Shown here: one piece after another, positions 1 through 12,885 of the stretch
Layout: each line of letters opens with the position of its first letter
How positions within the stretch are numbered: the first letter of the stretch is position 1
Assembly (NCBI GenBank): GCA_030704615.1
Contig: CM060734.1
Coordinates: 53,010,001-53,074,000 of the forward strand
DNA length: 64,000 nt
DNA from: Takakia lepidozioides
Lineage: Eukaryota > Plantae > Bryophyta
Direction: 5' to 3'
Program-made: the position numbers and the translations under genes
The notes under the pieces: generated by a model
Databases searched by the model: none
The model's input: only the letters and a program-made list of their open reading frames with translations
Told to the model about the DNA's origin: nothing

Positions 1-786
1 GTTGCCTTTCCTCCTTAACAGCTGCTGTATGCTGGTCAGAGCTGATGAGAGAGCTTTTCCCCCATCTTTCAGCCTCACGTAATAATGACATCTGAGTAGC
101 TTTGGTGGGTGCGGTCCATGGTACCCAGTCCCCTTCATCAATCTTGTTGCAAGAAGAAGTGTCTGGTTCTGAACCACTTGTTCCATTACTGTCTGAAGAA
201 CAAAACGTCTTAGTGGAACACTCACCCCCCATGTTTTCCTTGGCTGGGCATTCTGATGAGGAAGTCACCCGCGTTCTTCTTGTAGTTGGAGTGCTTGTCA
301 AGTCTTGAAGGAATGGTGTCTCTGCAAGCTTCCCTTTTCATTGTTCGATCTCTCTTTCCACAAGTTCACAGGCTGGATGTACCTCGCTCAGCTCCTTATC
401 ACGAGCACGAGATCCTCGGGTAATCACATGGATGGTGGGACAAGAGGGCATCAGATGCTCCCTTCCTTGTTGCTGATTGCAGTAGCCTCTTTCCTTCCTG
501 CACCCTTATCCTTCCAAATACCCTCCCTTACCAGATTGACAGAGCTTGATTGATCAATACCCTTTCCTTGTTTTTTTGTAGCAAAAGTCTGTGCAGCAAA
601 AGTCACCCCTCTTTCCTTCTCCATCTGGCATTATGCCTGGTTTCAGTTCTCCCTTCAATATGCCATGATCCTTGGTCAACATTCTACCTGTGGAAGGTCT
701 TACTATGCCCGGAACGAACTCAAATGAAAAGTCACCAAGTAAGTCTATGCCTATGTGGTGCTCTGAGTACAGCCACCAATATGGAT

Positions 787-2532
787 CTAGATCTGTTTCC
801 AAAGAAAATGACTTCCCAACAGTATTTTCTTGAAGTGCCAAAGGCCCCATACACATGCATAGTACTCTTCTCTTTTGCAAATCATCTCCCCTTTTTCACT
901 GCTATACCCTACTTGCCTATGAGCTTCTTCTCTCAACTCCTCCTTACCCTCCTTAAATTGAAATAACGAAGCATTGATGGCACCCCTATCCCAAGCTAGC
1001 TTAAGAAGATAGGCTCCATCCCTCTTTCTCCCTTCTCTTTTCTGACTGTACAGAGAAGTAGAGTATACCTCGATTTCCTCGGTTTCCTCAGCTGGTCCCA
1101 CTGGATACCTGCTTAGTGCATCTACGTTAGCATGCCTAGCACCTGCTCTGTGAACAATTTTAAACTCAAAATCTTGTAACATCATGATCCATCTACCCCT
1201 GCGTCCATATGCGTCACTTACCGTTGCCAACCACTCCAGTGGTTTGTGATCAGTCCTGATTACAAAAGGGGTTCCATACAGGTACTGCCGAAAGTGTAAT
1301 ACTCCCCACACCAGGGCATAGCATTCACCTTCCATAGGGTGATATTTGCGCTGAGCATCAGATAGTACCTTACTGGCGTATGCAATGACCCTCTCCTTTT
1401 TATACTCCTTTTGTGACAAGACTGCCCCTACTCCTTTGATGGACCAATCAACATCCAAGACGAACGGTCTTGAGAAATCTGGTCTTGCCAGGATGGGAGC
1501 AGTTACCAACTTCACCTGTAAGGCAGAAAAGGCGTTTTGTGCCTCTGCACTCCAGATAAACTTCACATCCTTTTTGGTTAGAGTGAACAACGGTACTGCC
1601 ACTCCAGCATATCCTTTGACATAGGGCCTATAGTACCCTGTCATGCCTAAGTAGCTTTTGAGAGCAGTGTGGTTTTTTGGCAAGGGAAACCTTTCAATAG
1701 CAGCTATCTTATCTGGATCAGGCCACGTTCCCTCTTCAGAGATCACATGTCCAAGGAATACCAACTGTAAGTTGGCAAAGTAACACTTGTCCGGATTGAG
1801 CCTAAGATTGGCCTTTCTAACCTTGCTCAATACTCTCTTTATATGTCCCACGTGATCTCCCCAGTCCTTGCTATGGATATTGACGTCATCTACAAAAACT
1901 TTAGCGCAATCTTTGATTTCTTCCTTGAGAACCCTATTCATCGTTCTCTGAAAGGTAGCAGTGGCATTTTTTAGCCCGAATGGCATGACTAGCCATTCAT
2001 ACAATCCCTTCTTTGTGATCACTGCTGTTTTGCCTATGTCTCGGTCGTCCATTTTGATCTGCCAAAAACCAGATTGTAAATCCAGCGCAGAAAACCACTT
2101 GGCTTTCCCCAACTGGTTTAAAACATCCTGAATCAATGGCATAGGGTAAGAGTCCCTTCTGGTTAAACGGTTTACTGGCCTAAAATCACCACAAAACCGC
2201 TTGGATCCATCCTTTTTTGGTGGAAGGGTAACTGGACACGACCATTCTGAGCTACTCTCTCTCATCTTGCCTTGTGAGATCAAAGTCTCAATTTGTCCTT
2301 GGACCTCGTCTTCCTCCCATTCTGATAGGCGGCTGGGACGACTTCTGCAAGGGGGAAAACCTTGTGTGTCAATTGTGTGTTCCACCTCACTGCAGTATCC
2401 CAAGTCAGCCTTGCTAAGAGCAAAGCATTCCTGGTTTGCTTTCAGCTCTTGTTCCAGCTCTATCCTATGTTCTGGGGCCAGTTCTGGGTTGATGTGCAGT
2501 CTGGATTTCAGACTTCTCCAACGACTCTCCAT
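787..2532 (-). CDS. Gypsy pol: reverse transcriptase + RNase H (frameshifted from upstream ORFs)
   Basis: RFCGDFRPVN, ALDLQSGFWQI, MPFGLKNA, FVDD; RNase H VLDVDWSIKGVGAVL and RTDHKPL. Confidence 0.95.
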   Translation of the reverse strand: MESRWRSLKSRLHINPELAPEHRIELEQELKANQECFALSKADLGYCSEVEHTIDTQGFPPCRSRPSRLSEWEEDEVQGQIETLISQGKMRESSSEWSCPVTLPPKKDGSKRFCGDFRPVNRLTRRDSYPMPLIQDVLNQLGKAKWFSALDLQSGFWQIKMDDRDIGKTAVITKKGLYEWLVMPFGLKNATATFQRTMNRVLKEEIKDCAKVFVDDVNIHSKDWGDHVGHIKRVLSKVRKANLRLNPDKCYFANLQLVFLGHVISEEGTWPDPDKIAAIERFPLPKNHTALKSYLGMTGYYRPYVKGYAGVAVPLFTLTKKDVKFIWSAEAQNAFSALQVKLVTAPILARPDFSRPFVLDVDWSIKGVGAVLSQKEYKKERVIAYASKVLSDAQRKYHPMEGECYALVWGVLHFRQYLYGTPFVIRTDHKPLEWLATVSDAYGRRGRWIMMLQDFEFKIVHRAGARHANVDALSRYPVGPAEETEEIEVYSTSLYSQKREGRKRDGAYLLKLAWDRGAINASLFQFKEGKEELREEAHRQVGYSSEKGEMICKREEYYACVWGLWHFKKILLGSHFLWKQI

Positions 2533-3161
2533 TTCTTCCTCTTGACTGGGTTCCCAATTTTTTTCTCCACCTGGCTTACAGAGTTAGCCATTCTCTGTCC
2601 TTCCTCTTGTGTGACAACCTGATTCCAATCATGGAAGTCATCCTCTATTTCTAGGTTGTTGTTCCCTAGTTCACCATTCCAAGCTTTCTGGTAAGCTTCC
2701 TGTATTATGGCAGCAGCCATGCTCTTATGGGTCTCTTCCTGAAGGAGTTCAGACATCCCTTGGTCCTCGAACAAGTCCTCCCCTAGGTTGACCTCGTCTA
2801 TTATTTCCTCAACATCCCTCAGTGCTGTTTCTACCTCCTTACTCTCCTCAGAGCCTCCCATCTCCTCATCTTTATCAGATTTAGAGGTGTCAGAACCTGA
2901 GGATGCTTCCTCCGTGTCCTCATATTCTTCCTCTGGTTTTCTTTTCTTCTCCCACAAGCCTAGGTACTGTTCATCTGACGTCAGGGTTAAGACATTACCT
3001 GCTGACGTACTGCTTGCATATCTCATTCTACTCTCGACCCCTCTATGGTAGGCTGTTTTGGTAACTGCAGGCTCATTATAATTGATGGTGTGCAAAGGGA
3101 AGTGAGGAAAATCCTTTCCTGGCCCATAGCGTACGCGAATTGTTTCAGCTTCGGTGTCCAC
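2508..3161 (-). CDS. Acidic protease-RT linker of the Gypsy polyprotein (frameshifted segment)
   Basis: 217-aa E/D-rich ORF abutting the Gag-PR ORF and overlapping the RT ORF. Confidence 0.6.
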   Translation of the reverse strand: MDTEAETIRVRYGPGKDFPHFPLHTINYNEPAVTKTAYHRGVESRMRYASSTSAGNVLTLTSDEQYLGLWEKKRKPEEEYEDTEEASSGSDTSKSDKDEEMGGSEESKEVETALRDVEEIIDEVNLGEDLFEDQGMSELLQEETHKSMAAAIIQEAYQKAWNGELGNNNLEIEDDFHDWNQVVTQEEGQRMANSVSQVEKKIGNPVKRKKWRVVGEV

Positions 3162-4804
3162 TACAGCGCCAAACTTTTGAGAAAGTCTAATCCCAGCAGC
3201 ATGTGATATGTATCCGTGTTCACCACCATAAAGGACAAACGATTGGTCAGTTCTCCTACTTTGACCTTGATGTCCTCAAGTCTGCCCATTGCAGTCTCAA
3301 GAGCACCTGAGGCTACTCTGTAATTTATATCCTTACTAGTAATGACAGATCCCATCAAACCAAGATCCCTGACTGTACTAGCTGATATTACAGAAAGCAT
3401 GGCACCAGTGTCAATCTGGCCTAATACTTGGTAATCTCCCATTGTAATCATTACATGAAGCGCTTTAACCTTACCTGTATAAGCATACGAGATCGTGGGC
3501 TCAGCGTGTGCTGAGTACAAAGGCCTTGGTACATCCTTAACAACTTCTACACTGTGAGTTGTCTCCCTTTGTTGGACCATTGCTCTTTCCACCACTTTGA
3601 CCAGCCCTTTTAATTTGTCTAACTCTCCGGGCACAGTCATGATCAGGTCCATGGGTGACAACGATATTCTCCCTTTGTAGAAGTGGTTCAAGATTCTGGA
3701 TTTCGTACCTCCTTCTATAGCATTCTTGAAATTGTTCTTTGGGTAGATTTCACTCTTGGTCTTGCTTGGCTGTTCACTGCTCTCACTATTCCTTTCTGGT
3801 GACCCTGTAGGTTCAACAATCGGACTCTGGACAGGTATGCGTGTCCTTGGAAGTCTGACTTCATTGATACTATTTCGTGACATCAGATCTGTCATCTCTG
3901 CGAGTACATCATCCTCATCATCATAGAACACATCTACAAAGTTAGTTCCCGGAGTTCCCATCATGGTTTGGTCGAGTTTTCTACCGCACTCACTCTCCGT
4001 ATGCCCGAGTAGCTTGCAAAAGTTGCATCTCACACCACACATTTCCGTGGAATGCCCGAACCGGTGACATTTGTCACACTTAGCTGGGGTTCTTCCTTCA
4101 GGACAATATGCAGCTATGTGACCTTCTTTGTGACAAACATTACAAAGGCGAACACGAGGTGGTGTTCTAGATCCCGAGCTTTCTCCTATGAATGGTCCCC
4201 TATCAAAGTACTTCTGTAGGGTAGTGTTCAGCTGGACAAGTCTTCTGTCCACAGGGTTAACAAACACAACTGACTCATCTGTATCATCTCCTTCCAATGG
4301 CTCTAGAGGTATTTCCCCTAACTTTCCCAGGCCCCTTTCAATCTCAATGGCTGTGTCAAGTGCTTCCTCTACATCAAGGAAGCGCCTGCCCAGCATTACT
4401 CTTGCTATTTCTGGTCTCAAACCTGCTGCAAATCTACGCCTCTGTTCCAAATCAGACGCCCCACTTCTTATAAATAACCGGTTCAACCTATCGAAGTATG
4501 TTTGAACCCTTTGTCTACTCTCCTGTTTAATGGTATCCATTCTTAGCCTAATTTCTGCCAAGTCAATGATACCAAACTTGGCTGAAATTGCTGCCCTAAA
4601 GTCCACCCAGTTGTTTGGTCTAGGGTTTTGTTTACGGTACCATTCATCAGCCTTGGCTCTCAGGTTGAGCCTTGCTACCTTGAAAGTTTTGTCCTCATTC
4701 AAATCCCTGACATCTGCCTCCATCTGAATCCTCTCCAGCCAGTCATTTACATCCTCACTATTCCTACCATGATAAGGCGCATCTATGCTGGTTGGACTGG
4801 TCAT
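3161..4804 (-). CDS. Gypsy Gag + aspartic protease
   Basis: Retrotransposon capsid-like region; CNVCHKEGHIAAYC, CDKCHRFGHSTEMC, CNFCKLLGHTESEC; protease IDTGA and LLGLDFL. Confidence 0.92.
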   Translation of the reverse strand: MTSPTSIDAPYHGRNSEDVNDWLERIQMEADVRDLNEDKTFKVARLNLRAKADEWYRKQNPRPNNWVDFRAAISAKFGIIDLAEIRLRMDTIKQESRQRVQTYFDRLNRLFIRSGASDLEQRRRFAAGLRPEIARVMLGRRFLDVEEALDTAIEIERGLGKLGEIPLEPLEGDDTDESVVFVNPVDRRLVQLNTTLQKYFDRGPFIGESSGSRTPPRVRLCNVCHKEGHIAAYCPEGRTPAKCDKCHRFGHSTEMCGVRCNFCKLLGHTESECGRKLDQTMMGTPGTNFVDVFYDDEDDVLAEMTDLMSRNSINEVRLPRTRIPVQSPIVEPTGSPERNSESSEQPSKTKSEIYPKNNFKNAIEGGTKSRILNHFYKGRISLSPMDLIMTVPGELDKLKGLVKVVERAMVQQRETTHSVEVVKDVPRPLYSAHAEPTISYAYTGKVKALHVMITMGDYQVLGQIDTGAMLSVISASTVRDLGLMGSVITSKDINYRVASGALETAMGRLEDIKVKVGELTNRLSFMVVNTDTYHMLLGLDFLKSLAL

Positions 4805-5245
4805 CCTTCTATTCTCTAGTCAAAGTTCAAACTGTTTCAACACCTAATTCTGACTCTAATTTTCCCGCAACTCCCTTAATGTTGACCTCTATACCACTCC
4901 CACTGTCCATTTCGCAACATCTCTACTCTACCTCCCCATGTCACCTCTCGTGCCATGGTATTTATCTTCAGCCACCTTCCTAACTCTCTTATCCAAAGTG
5001 CTATGGTTGTTCTTCCACCAGTATGTATTACTCTAAGACATAAATCACCATTCGCTATTCTCCAAGCAAGGTTGAAGAAGTACAAACAAGGGTCTGCGTG
5101 TGCATTTGGTGTGCGTCTGCTGAAGCAAATCAGCACATCTCCAATGCTTGGTTCATCAGGAATCAGTGTGTGGTCTCTTCCTGCCATCAAACCATCCAAT
5201 ACCAGTCAAGATCCCTAGCTAGTAGAAATCAAGATTTAACAACGT

Positions 5246-5258
5246 AGCTCTGATACCA
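5246..5258 (-). promoter_or_regulatory. Primer binding site (tRNA-iMet)
   Basis: Minus strand reads TGGTATCAGAGCT immediately inside the LTR. Confidence 0.9.
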
Positions 5259-7438
5259 AAAGAAGGGGCGTGAATCCCCTTCTGTATAATTCTAATTGTG
5301 CTCCCCTCCATTGGTTGCGGAGCAAGAGGAAAGAAGCGTTCTTTCTAATCTGTCCAACTGTCGTCACTTGGCTGTGGGTTCCCCTCAGCTCCTCCGTGAT
5401 CAGAGTTCAAGCAATCCTCATCCACGCCGCAGCGGAAGGGAAGACATGGATGGGGAGTCAATTTGTTGTTCACTCTTGGTTCTACCTTTTACACAACATC
5501 CCCTATCAGTAGGTACAGCACCAGCTATGCTGGTGCGATGTATTCAGTGATGCAAATCAGCCCAATGGCAGCGGTAAACACGATCCTTTATGTGAAGCCC
5601 ACTTGAGCAGTGACAGGTCGGAAATCCCCTTTTTGTAGTGGTGACACAGATTTAGGAGGAGGCAGCTCAGATCTTCATGGTCTGCAGGGGCACTGGTTTC
5701 TTTCAGGTTTTCTTCATCTCATCTCCCCAAATTGGCCAAACCCCCCCCCCAACAGCCCCTTAGAATTTGCAGCTCTCTCCTTGCCCAAATCCCATTTTTC
5801 ACTCTCTCTCTCTTTCTTTTCCCTTTTTGTCTGTTTCACTATCTGGTTTATGTCCCCAGGTTCCCCACTATTTCACAGCAGCAGATCTGTCATGTAATGT
5901 GAATGCACACGCTGCTAGGCATCCAGTGCGGCCAGCCTTGAAGTCATCCTCGGTCTCTCAAGACACAACCATCCCATCCATCAGTCTCTCTCTCTTTCTC
6001 TCTCTCTTGTCCCTTTTTTCAATGACCCATCGCTCAAACAGCTCTCATCTCTTTTGTCAGACTTCAACCCAAATACCCCAACATCCCTCTTTTCCCTTCA
6101 ACTGTGGAACGCAGTTGTTCAGATCCTGATCCCATAGTGAAATCACCTTATCCTTTGACATGTTTTTTTTTTGCAACTCCAGCTAACTATCATTGATCTC
6201 TCCAAACAAACAAGCCAGATCTACATTGGTTCCAGGTTATCACTACACACGGCAGCATGGTGTCCAGGTTTATGACACTGAATCAAAATGCAAGAATGAA
6301 GACAACAGTGACCATTCTGAATTCAGTGACGAACAGGCTCTCTCTTTCTCTCTCTCTTCACTTATTTCTCTCACTGTCATCACAACATCAGGTGCATCCA
6401 TCCTTTCCACGTTCTGGTCTGAAGTCCAGAGTCTCCATTCCCATTTCAAAAACTTTTTCTTGTCACATGTCTCTACCTTTTCTCTTCTGCCAAGATGGCA
6501 GTCCTAAATCTACCAAAGCAATTTCTAAGTCCAAGCAAAAAGAAGCCTCTGTTCATCGACTTATCTGTTTTTATCCACTAGTGAAGCGGCGGGTCTGCCT
6601 GTCAAGGTGGCACCTTGCCATCGCCCGTCAGCAGCCACTTCAACCCTTTCTCTTTGTCTTGATTCCAGACCTTATGACGCCATGATGGCTCCCTTCTTCA
6701 CTTGGACCATCCTGTGGCCTGACAACCAGATTACACTATGCAATTCTTCCTCTCGAATTGGCCTGGTCCTATAACAAGGAGACACAAAGCAGCTAGAAGC
6801 TTAATGACAGAGAACCTGAGATACCATGCAGCCAGAACTCCACATGCTTTACCTCCCCCCCATTGATTGTGCCCAGACCCTCTTCCCTGTGCTTTCAGCA
6901 GCTGGCCTTTTCCTTGCTTGCTCATCTGCCCATAACTATCATCTTCAAGGCACTGGCGGCAGTGGTGGTGCGCCGCTTTCCTTAGATGCTTCTATCTCTT
7001 GGAATTGATCATCACTACGAGAGAGGCGGCACCGCTTCTTTCTACACAGAATACCAAGCAGAGGCCTCTTAATGCCGCTTCCTAAGCCAAGCAAGATCCC
7101 ACCGCGCAGGTACAACCTCCTAACACAGGCTGCCCTGCCGACACCACTGCTTGCAACAGCCGCTACGAGCCATCCGTCATCTTCCTCTTCGTTTTTCTCA
7201 ACCCGCGATCTTTTAGGTCAAGAACCAAAGATGAAAACGTTCATCGCATGGATGAAAATGTGTACCGTCATGACTTAGCCATTTTCTCTTGGCAAAGCAT
7301 AAGTTCAGTGTGCTCATGAAATTACCTACATGAAGGGATATATCCTTTCTGCAGTTGGGATGACGGGCACTCCGTCATAGTGATGTAGGTCCTAATGGTA
7401 AACATATGTAATAATCTGTCCCCTGCATTCACACTACA
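5259..7438 (-). repeat. 5' LTR (~2.2 kb) of the Gypsy element
   Basis: Ends TTCACACTACA at 7438, the inverse of TGTAGTGTGAA that begins the second copy at 45569. About 10 bp at the PBS-side terminus are missing in this copy. Confidence 0.85.
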
Positions 7439-8790
7439 CTGGCGCATGCATTGAGAATACAAGTGAATGTGACCCTGTCGGGCGTCACCCCATCCTGTTG
7501 CATTTTCTCATAGATCTTGAAAACTTCCATAGCATCCCCATGCTGAGCATATCCTGCTACCAACGAACTCCACGAGACCACATCTCGTTTAGCCATACTG
7601 GCGAACACTTCACTTGACGCGCCTTCTTCATGCTGCCGCATTTTGCATACATGTCGATAAGGCTATTCTCCAAATTGATATAGGACGCAATCCCAACTTT
7701 CATGGTGTCAGCATGCACCTCTTTGCCCTTTTCCAGGGCTCCTAGGCTGGAACACGCATTGAGAACACAAACAAACGTGACTGTGTTGGCTCTCACCCCT
7801 GCTTGTTGAAAGCCTCCCTCCCAAACCCATGACAAGCATATCTTGCTATCAATGCACTTCAGGTGACCACATCTCGTGTAGCCATATTATCAAACACTTG
7901 CTGGGCATCTTTCCTGCTTTGCGCATTTTGCATACATGTCAACAAGTGTCAAGAGTATTCTCCAAATTTATATATGACATAATTCCAGCTTTGATGATGT
8001 CAGCATGGACCTACTGGCCCTTCTACAAATCTCCTAAGCTAGCATATGCATTGAGAACACAAATGAATGTGACCCTGTTTGGCATCATCCCTTCCTGTTG
8101 CATTTGCTCCTAGATCTTCAAAGCTTCCCTACCACACCCATGCTGAGCATATCCACGGCACTCCATGAAACCATATCTCGCTTATAGCCATATTATCAAA
8201 CACTTGTTGCGCATCCTTCATGACCCCACATTTGGCATACATGTCCACAAGGCTATTCTCCAGGTTTAAATATGACTTTATTCCATGTCTCCTAGGCTGG
8301 CACATGCTTTGAGACCGCAGATGAAGGTGATCTTGTCAGGGGTCACCCTTTCTCATTGCATTTGCTCATAGATTTTGAAGGCATCCTAGGCATGCTCATG
8401 CTTGGCATAGCCTGCCAACATCCCCCAGTCCATGTAAGCAAATCTCATTGTCAAACACTTGACGTGCATCCACCAAGCTACCGCAGTTGACATACATGTT
8501 GACAAGGGTATTGAGTAGATATACTATTGGCTTGCATCCACTTTGGATAATGTAGAAATGCACCTGCTTCCCTTGTGCTAGGTTTTTCATGTTCATACAT
8601 TCTTGCAAGAGAACGACATATGTATTCCAGTACGCTCGAATGCCTTGTTGGCTTAAAATGTGCAGCACATCTTTCAGTCGTCCTGCCTTACATAGAATCC
8701 TAACATACTGACAAGTGCCAGAGAGGGAACTACCCCTGCCGCCAGTCTCTTGTCCCAAAAACATCTCCGCCTCATTCAACCCTGCCATTC
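7439..8790 (-). pseudogene. PLS-class PPR pseudogene A, copy 1 (3' end cut by LTR)
   Basis: PPR motifs (LVNMYVNCGSLVDARQVFD, DMYAKCGS, DVVSWSSLVAGYAQHG) broken by stops and frameshifts. Confidence 0.9.
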
Positions 8791-9299
8791 TGCATGACTC
8801 AAAACTCTAAATCAAACCTTCAACCTCAAGTGCAACTTGTATTATACACCTAGATGCTTTTAAGAAATATGTACTGATGAGGGCCTTTGCGCATAATTAC
8901 AGTTATAAAACTAGCCAGACATGGTCATTGAGCATAATCTGTACCAAGCACATCTACTCACGTTAAACCTGAATCGTCATCTAAACAATACCCAATGTAT
9001 TCTTGGACGGGAACGCCATGGTGTGCATTGACATAACAACCATGGGATGTCATTGCCAGCTGAAGCACAATGCTAACCAACCCAAGAGAAAGAAAAGATA
9101 GAATCTAAGACATGAAGATGCACACTTGCTCCTGCATACAAAAGAACAAAACATTAGGATTACATGAAATGGCATACCAGTGGGCATTGATAATGTTGTT
9201 GTAAACGACAACATTAGGGGGTGTGCCCTCACTCTTTGCTCTCTGAAACCAGTGTTCTGCAGCACTTTCCACATCCCCAAACACAAGACTACGCTTCGT

Positions 9300-10290
9300 T
9301 CAGCCATATCATCAAACACTTGACGTGCCCCTTTCATGTGCCCACATTTGGCATACATGTTAACAAGGGTATTTTCCAGAGTTATGAAAGACGCAATTCC
9401 AGCTTTCATGAGTCAGCATGGACCTCTTTGCCCTTTTCCAGGTCTCGTAGGCTGGCACACGCATTGACAACCGAAATGAATGTGACATTGTTGGGCATCA
9501 CTGCTTCCCGTATCATTTGCTCACACAATTGGAGAGCCTCCTTACCCCATCCATGTTGAGCATATCCTGAGATCATCACATTCCATGAGACCACATCTCG
9601 TTCATCCATAGTGTCAAACACACTACGTGCATTTCTTATGCTCCCACATTTAACATACATGGCAACAAGGGCAGTGCCAAGAATGACATCTGACACAATT
9701 CCAGCCGTGACGATGTTAGCATGGAGTCTGGATCTCCTTGCCCTTATCCAGCTCTCCTAAACTGGCACACTCCTTGACAACAGAAATGAACGTAACCTTG
9801 TTGGGTGTCATCCCTTCCTGCATCATTTGCTGATAGACCTCAGGGGCCTCCCTAACACATCCATATTTCACATATCCTGCCATCATCGTAGTCCATGTAA
9901 ACACATCACGTTTAGGGATCGTGTCAAACAAATGGCATGCATCCACCACGCTTCCACACGTCACATACATGTTGACAAGGGTGTTGAGTACAAATAAGTT
10001 CGGCGTGTATTTACTTTGAATAATGTGGGTGTGCACCTGCTTTCCCCTTTCGAGGTCTCTAGTTTTGATACACTCCCGCAAGGTACAATGAGTCTGGCCA
10101 AACGTCTTGTTTGTTCAGAATGTACAGCGCCTCTTTCAGCTCTCCTGCCTTACATAGTGTCCTCACATCCTCAAAAGTGCCAGAAAAGTTGTTGACAATC
10201 CGCTCCCTTGCTCCTCTTTCCAAAGGAGTGATCTGGTGGAAGTTCTTGACTCCAACAATTGCATCTGATTCAATCCTGCCATCCTGTCTG
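9300..10290 (-). pseudogene. PLS-class PPR pseudogene B, copy 1
   Basis: ORF fragments 9716-10081, 9406-9696 and 9050-9409 with PPR motifs. Confidence 0.9.
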
Positions 10291-12660
10291 ATTCAAGAAC
10301 CTTAGTATAGAGTTTTCCAACCAGACTCCCAAAATATATCTCAAATCTCCTCAGGGCCTCAAGACAGATTTCTTATCAAGACAGGCTTGATGCTGCTTGA
10401 TTCCAACAATTGCATCTGATTCAACCCTGCAATCCTGCCGGATTCAAAACTCTTACTATAAGCTTTTCAAGTCAGACTCCCAAAATATATCTCAAATCTC
10501 CTCAGAACCTCAAAACTCTCATCAAGACAGGCCACATATTAGCAGGTCTACAAAACTAGTCTTGCAGATACATCGTTATTTTGCTGATGATTCAAGGTAT
10601 CCAACTCAAACAGATAGAATTGTTACTCTTTATTCTCAATGTATGAGATGTCCTAAACGTCCTCAATCAAGACATCCTCACCTTATCAAACCTGATATTG
10701 CACCACTGTGAAAGATCTGAGAAGTACTCTTGCCAGAGTTGTTCTGTGATGGCTTGACCTGTGTAAGACTACAAGAAGATGAGAATTTTGCCTCACTCAA
10801 ACTTCAAGAACATGCAGTCAGCTCCACATAAGAAGACACATTTGTGAGGAGGTGGTATTCAAACTCAGTTATCACTCCCATCATCGGAGTCAGTTACACA
10901 ATCTCCACATCAAAACATGCATTGGCTCAACATGCCATGAGCATAGGATGTGCCCAGCTTGTACCATCTAAGAAGTCAAGATATAGCATGGACAACTCCT
11001 CGGACACCCTCGTATTGGGAGAGAGGCCAGTACTCTCCTCTCCCTCTTTTTTGGAATAATAAACAGAAGGGGACGGAGGCCCCAAAACGAATTCAAAAGC
11101 GCAAGGAGAAATAAACCTTGCCAAACAACAGGGGCCGGAGCACTGCCCTGTAGCCAGCCCCCTGAAAACAGAAAAAGATAGAGAAAAGAGGGACAAACCC
11201 AAAGCCCCATAGCCCCAAGCCAACCACTGGGCCAGCAAGAGCGGAGAACCAAGGGATTCACGCACTCTCTCCTCTCTTTTATGTCATTGCCCTGGGAGGA
11301 GCATTTATTTCTCAAGACCACCTTCACAAGGTGCTAATCAGTTGCCTGATTTTCCAGTATTTTGTTGTGTTCTCCACCGTGGTTCCTTGCTATCCTTCTC
11401 TACCCTTTCACAAGCATGATGTGACTGGCAGTGCCATCACCAACACAGTTCCCATGTGTGTCAGACTGGGACTGGAGAACGAGTGTTAGAATCAACACAA
11501 TATTTTTTGGCATGATGTTTACCCACCCTCACACAATTACTCAATTCCCTGTGGTATCCACAACAAGGTCGAGGGGGTTACTATCCCAAAGGAACCATGT
11601 GTTCAAGGGTTTCTCATTGCCAATATTCGTAGGAACTGCCCATGAGAACATCCTTCTCCGCCATTATCCATCCTTCATGGAGACAGGCATTGCGTTGACG
11701 GAATCACAACACTGCATCCGGGGCACTAGCCCTATAATCTTACTCTGACAAAGAACCTGATGGGCTGTCCTCCCCCTAAAGATGGTACGTCACACGGCCT
11801 AAGGGTCCACGGAATCTATGGCAACGACAACCTCTCTCTCTCTGTCTCTCCCCCTCGACATACCAGAAGATTCCAGGAGATACAAGAGAAGCTTATGGAA
11901 GGAGGACAACGTTGTTGTTGACGATTACACTCACGTTTCTCTACATTACCATTTATGCCCACAAAGTGAATCCCTAGCTGGGTCATGGAGAATTTGGAGC
12001 CTGGAGCACTCCGCGCAAAAGGCTACCAGAATGTACCTTTCTTGAGTCTCCCTGCAGGCTGAGGAGGCTTCACAACCACTTGCAAGGGTCTCGGGCACGG
12101 CATTGCCAAGGTGGACGCCGGGTTCAGCTCCACGGCCCGGTCCATTAATCTGCTGCACGATGTGAGGCCTCCCGCCCTTTCACCGAAGAAGACAGGGCCT
12201 TCGATAAGTCTTCCGATTGCGCGAACAGAAGTTGCCCCGAGTACAATGTCAAAAAGAAAAGATGAAGAGGAAACGAGTAGCAACAAAACCGCAACACAAA
12301 AGAGATCAAAGGGGACTGCTACAGATTTCAAGCCATTGTGGCACTAGGGAACCTTCAAATCATGAAATGAAATCAACCCCAATTCTTTGGATGGGCAAAA
12401 TGCCAAGAGTAGTGAATGAGTTGGCCAGCGTTGAGCCCTCGTCCTCAGGTGAGATTGAGTTTGCAGGTGATCGTTTGCCCATGTGTGACGGCCAGAAAGA
12501 TTTTGCAACTGTCGTTGATTCCCCCATGTATTTCTTGGTTTGGATGCCCCTTCCTCTTTCGCTTTGTGTAACATGTGCGGTTTTCCTCGCTTTTTTTTTG
12601 TTTGTTTTGGCATCTTCAGCTTGGCAGCCCTGGAAGTGCATGGTTGCATCTCAAAAGCAC

Positions 12661-12885
12661 GAGTTGGTGAGATGAATGATCAAGGTCAGAGGGGTTAGAA
12701 AGGAGCCAGGTCGTTGCAAAAGCAGGAGTTGGTGAGAAGAATGATGAAGGTCAGAGGGGTTAGAGCCAGGTCATTGCTCCATTGAGATTTGCAACAGGGT
12801 GCACACCTTCGCTGTAAATGACAGGTTGCATCCCAGAATTAAGGAAATCCATGTTGAGCTGAGAAGATTGTCTGGGCAGATGAAG
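12661..12885 (+). pseudogene. PPR E/E+ domain fragment
   Basis: Translates GVRKEPGRC...EPGHCSIEICNRVHTFAVNDRLHPRIKEIHVELRRLSGQMK, resembling the PG box/E+ region of RNA-editing PPRs. Confidence 0.75.

Larger units (their letters stand above)
1..7438 (-). mobile_element. Ty3/Gypsy LTR retrotransposon (5' part; integrase and 3' LTR lie outside the window)
   Basis: On the minus strand: LTR, PBS, Gag with three CCHC knuckles, protease, RT, RNase H in Gypsy order. It is inserted into a PPR pseudogene whose uninterrupted form is at ~36929 and ~56248. Confidence 0.95.
7439..12792. repeat. Segmental duplication block P, copy 1 (direct copies at ~36929-42281 and ~56248-60410)
   Basis: Near-identical sequence and ORF translations, e.g. 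10397/39884/58981 and 10927/40412/59503. Confidence 0.95.

Noticed and set aside
7439-10290. Functional PPR RNA-editing factor genes
   Set aside because: The same stops and frameshifts recur in independent copies, so the lesions are real and predate duplication
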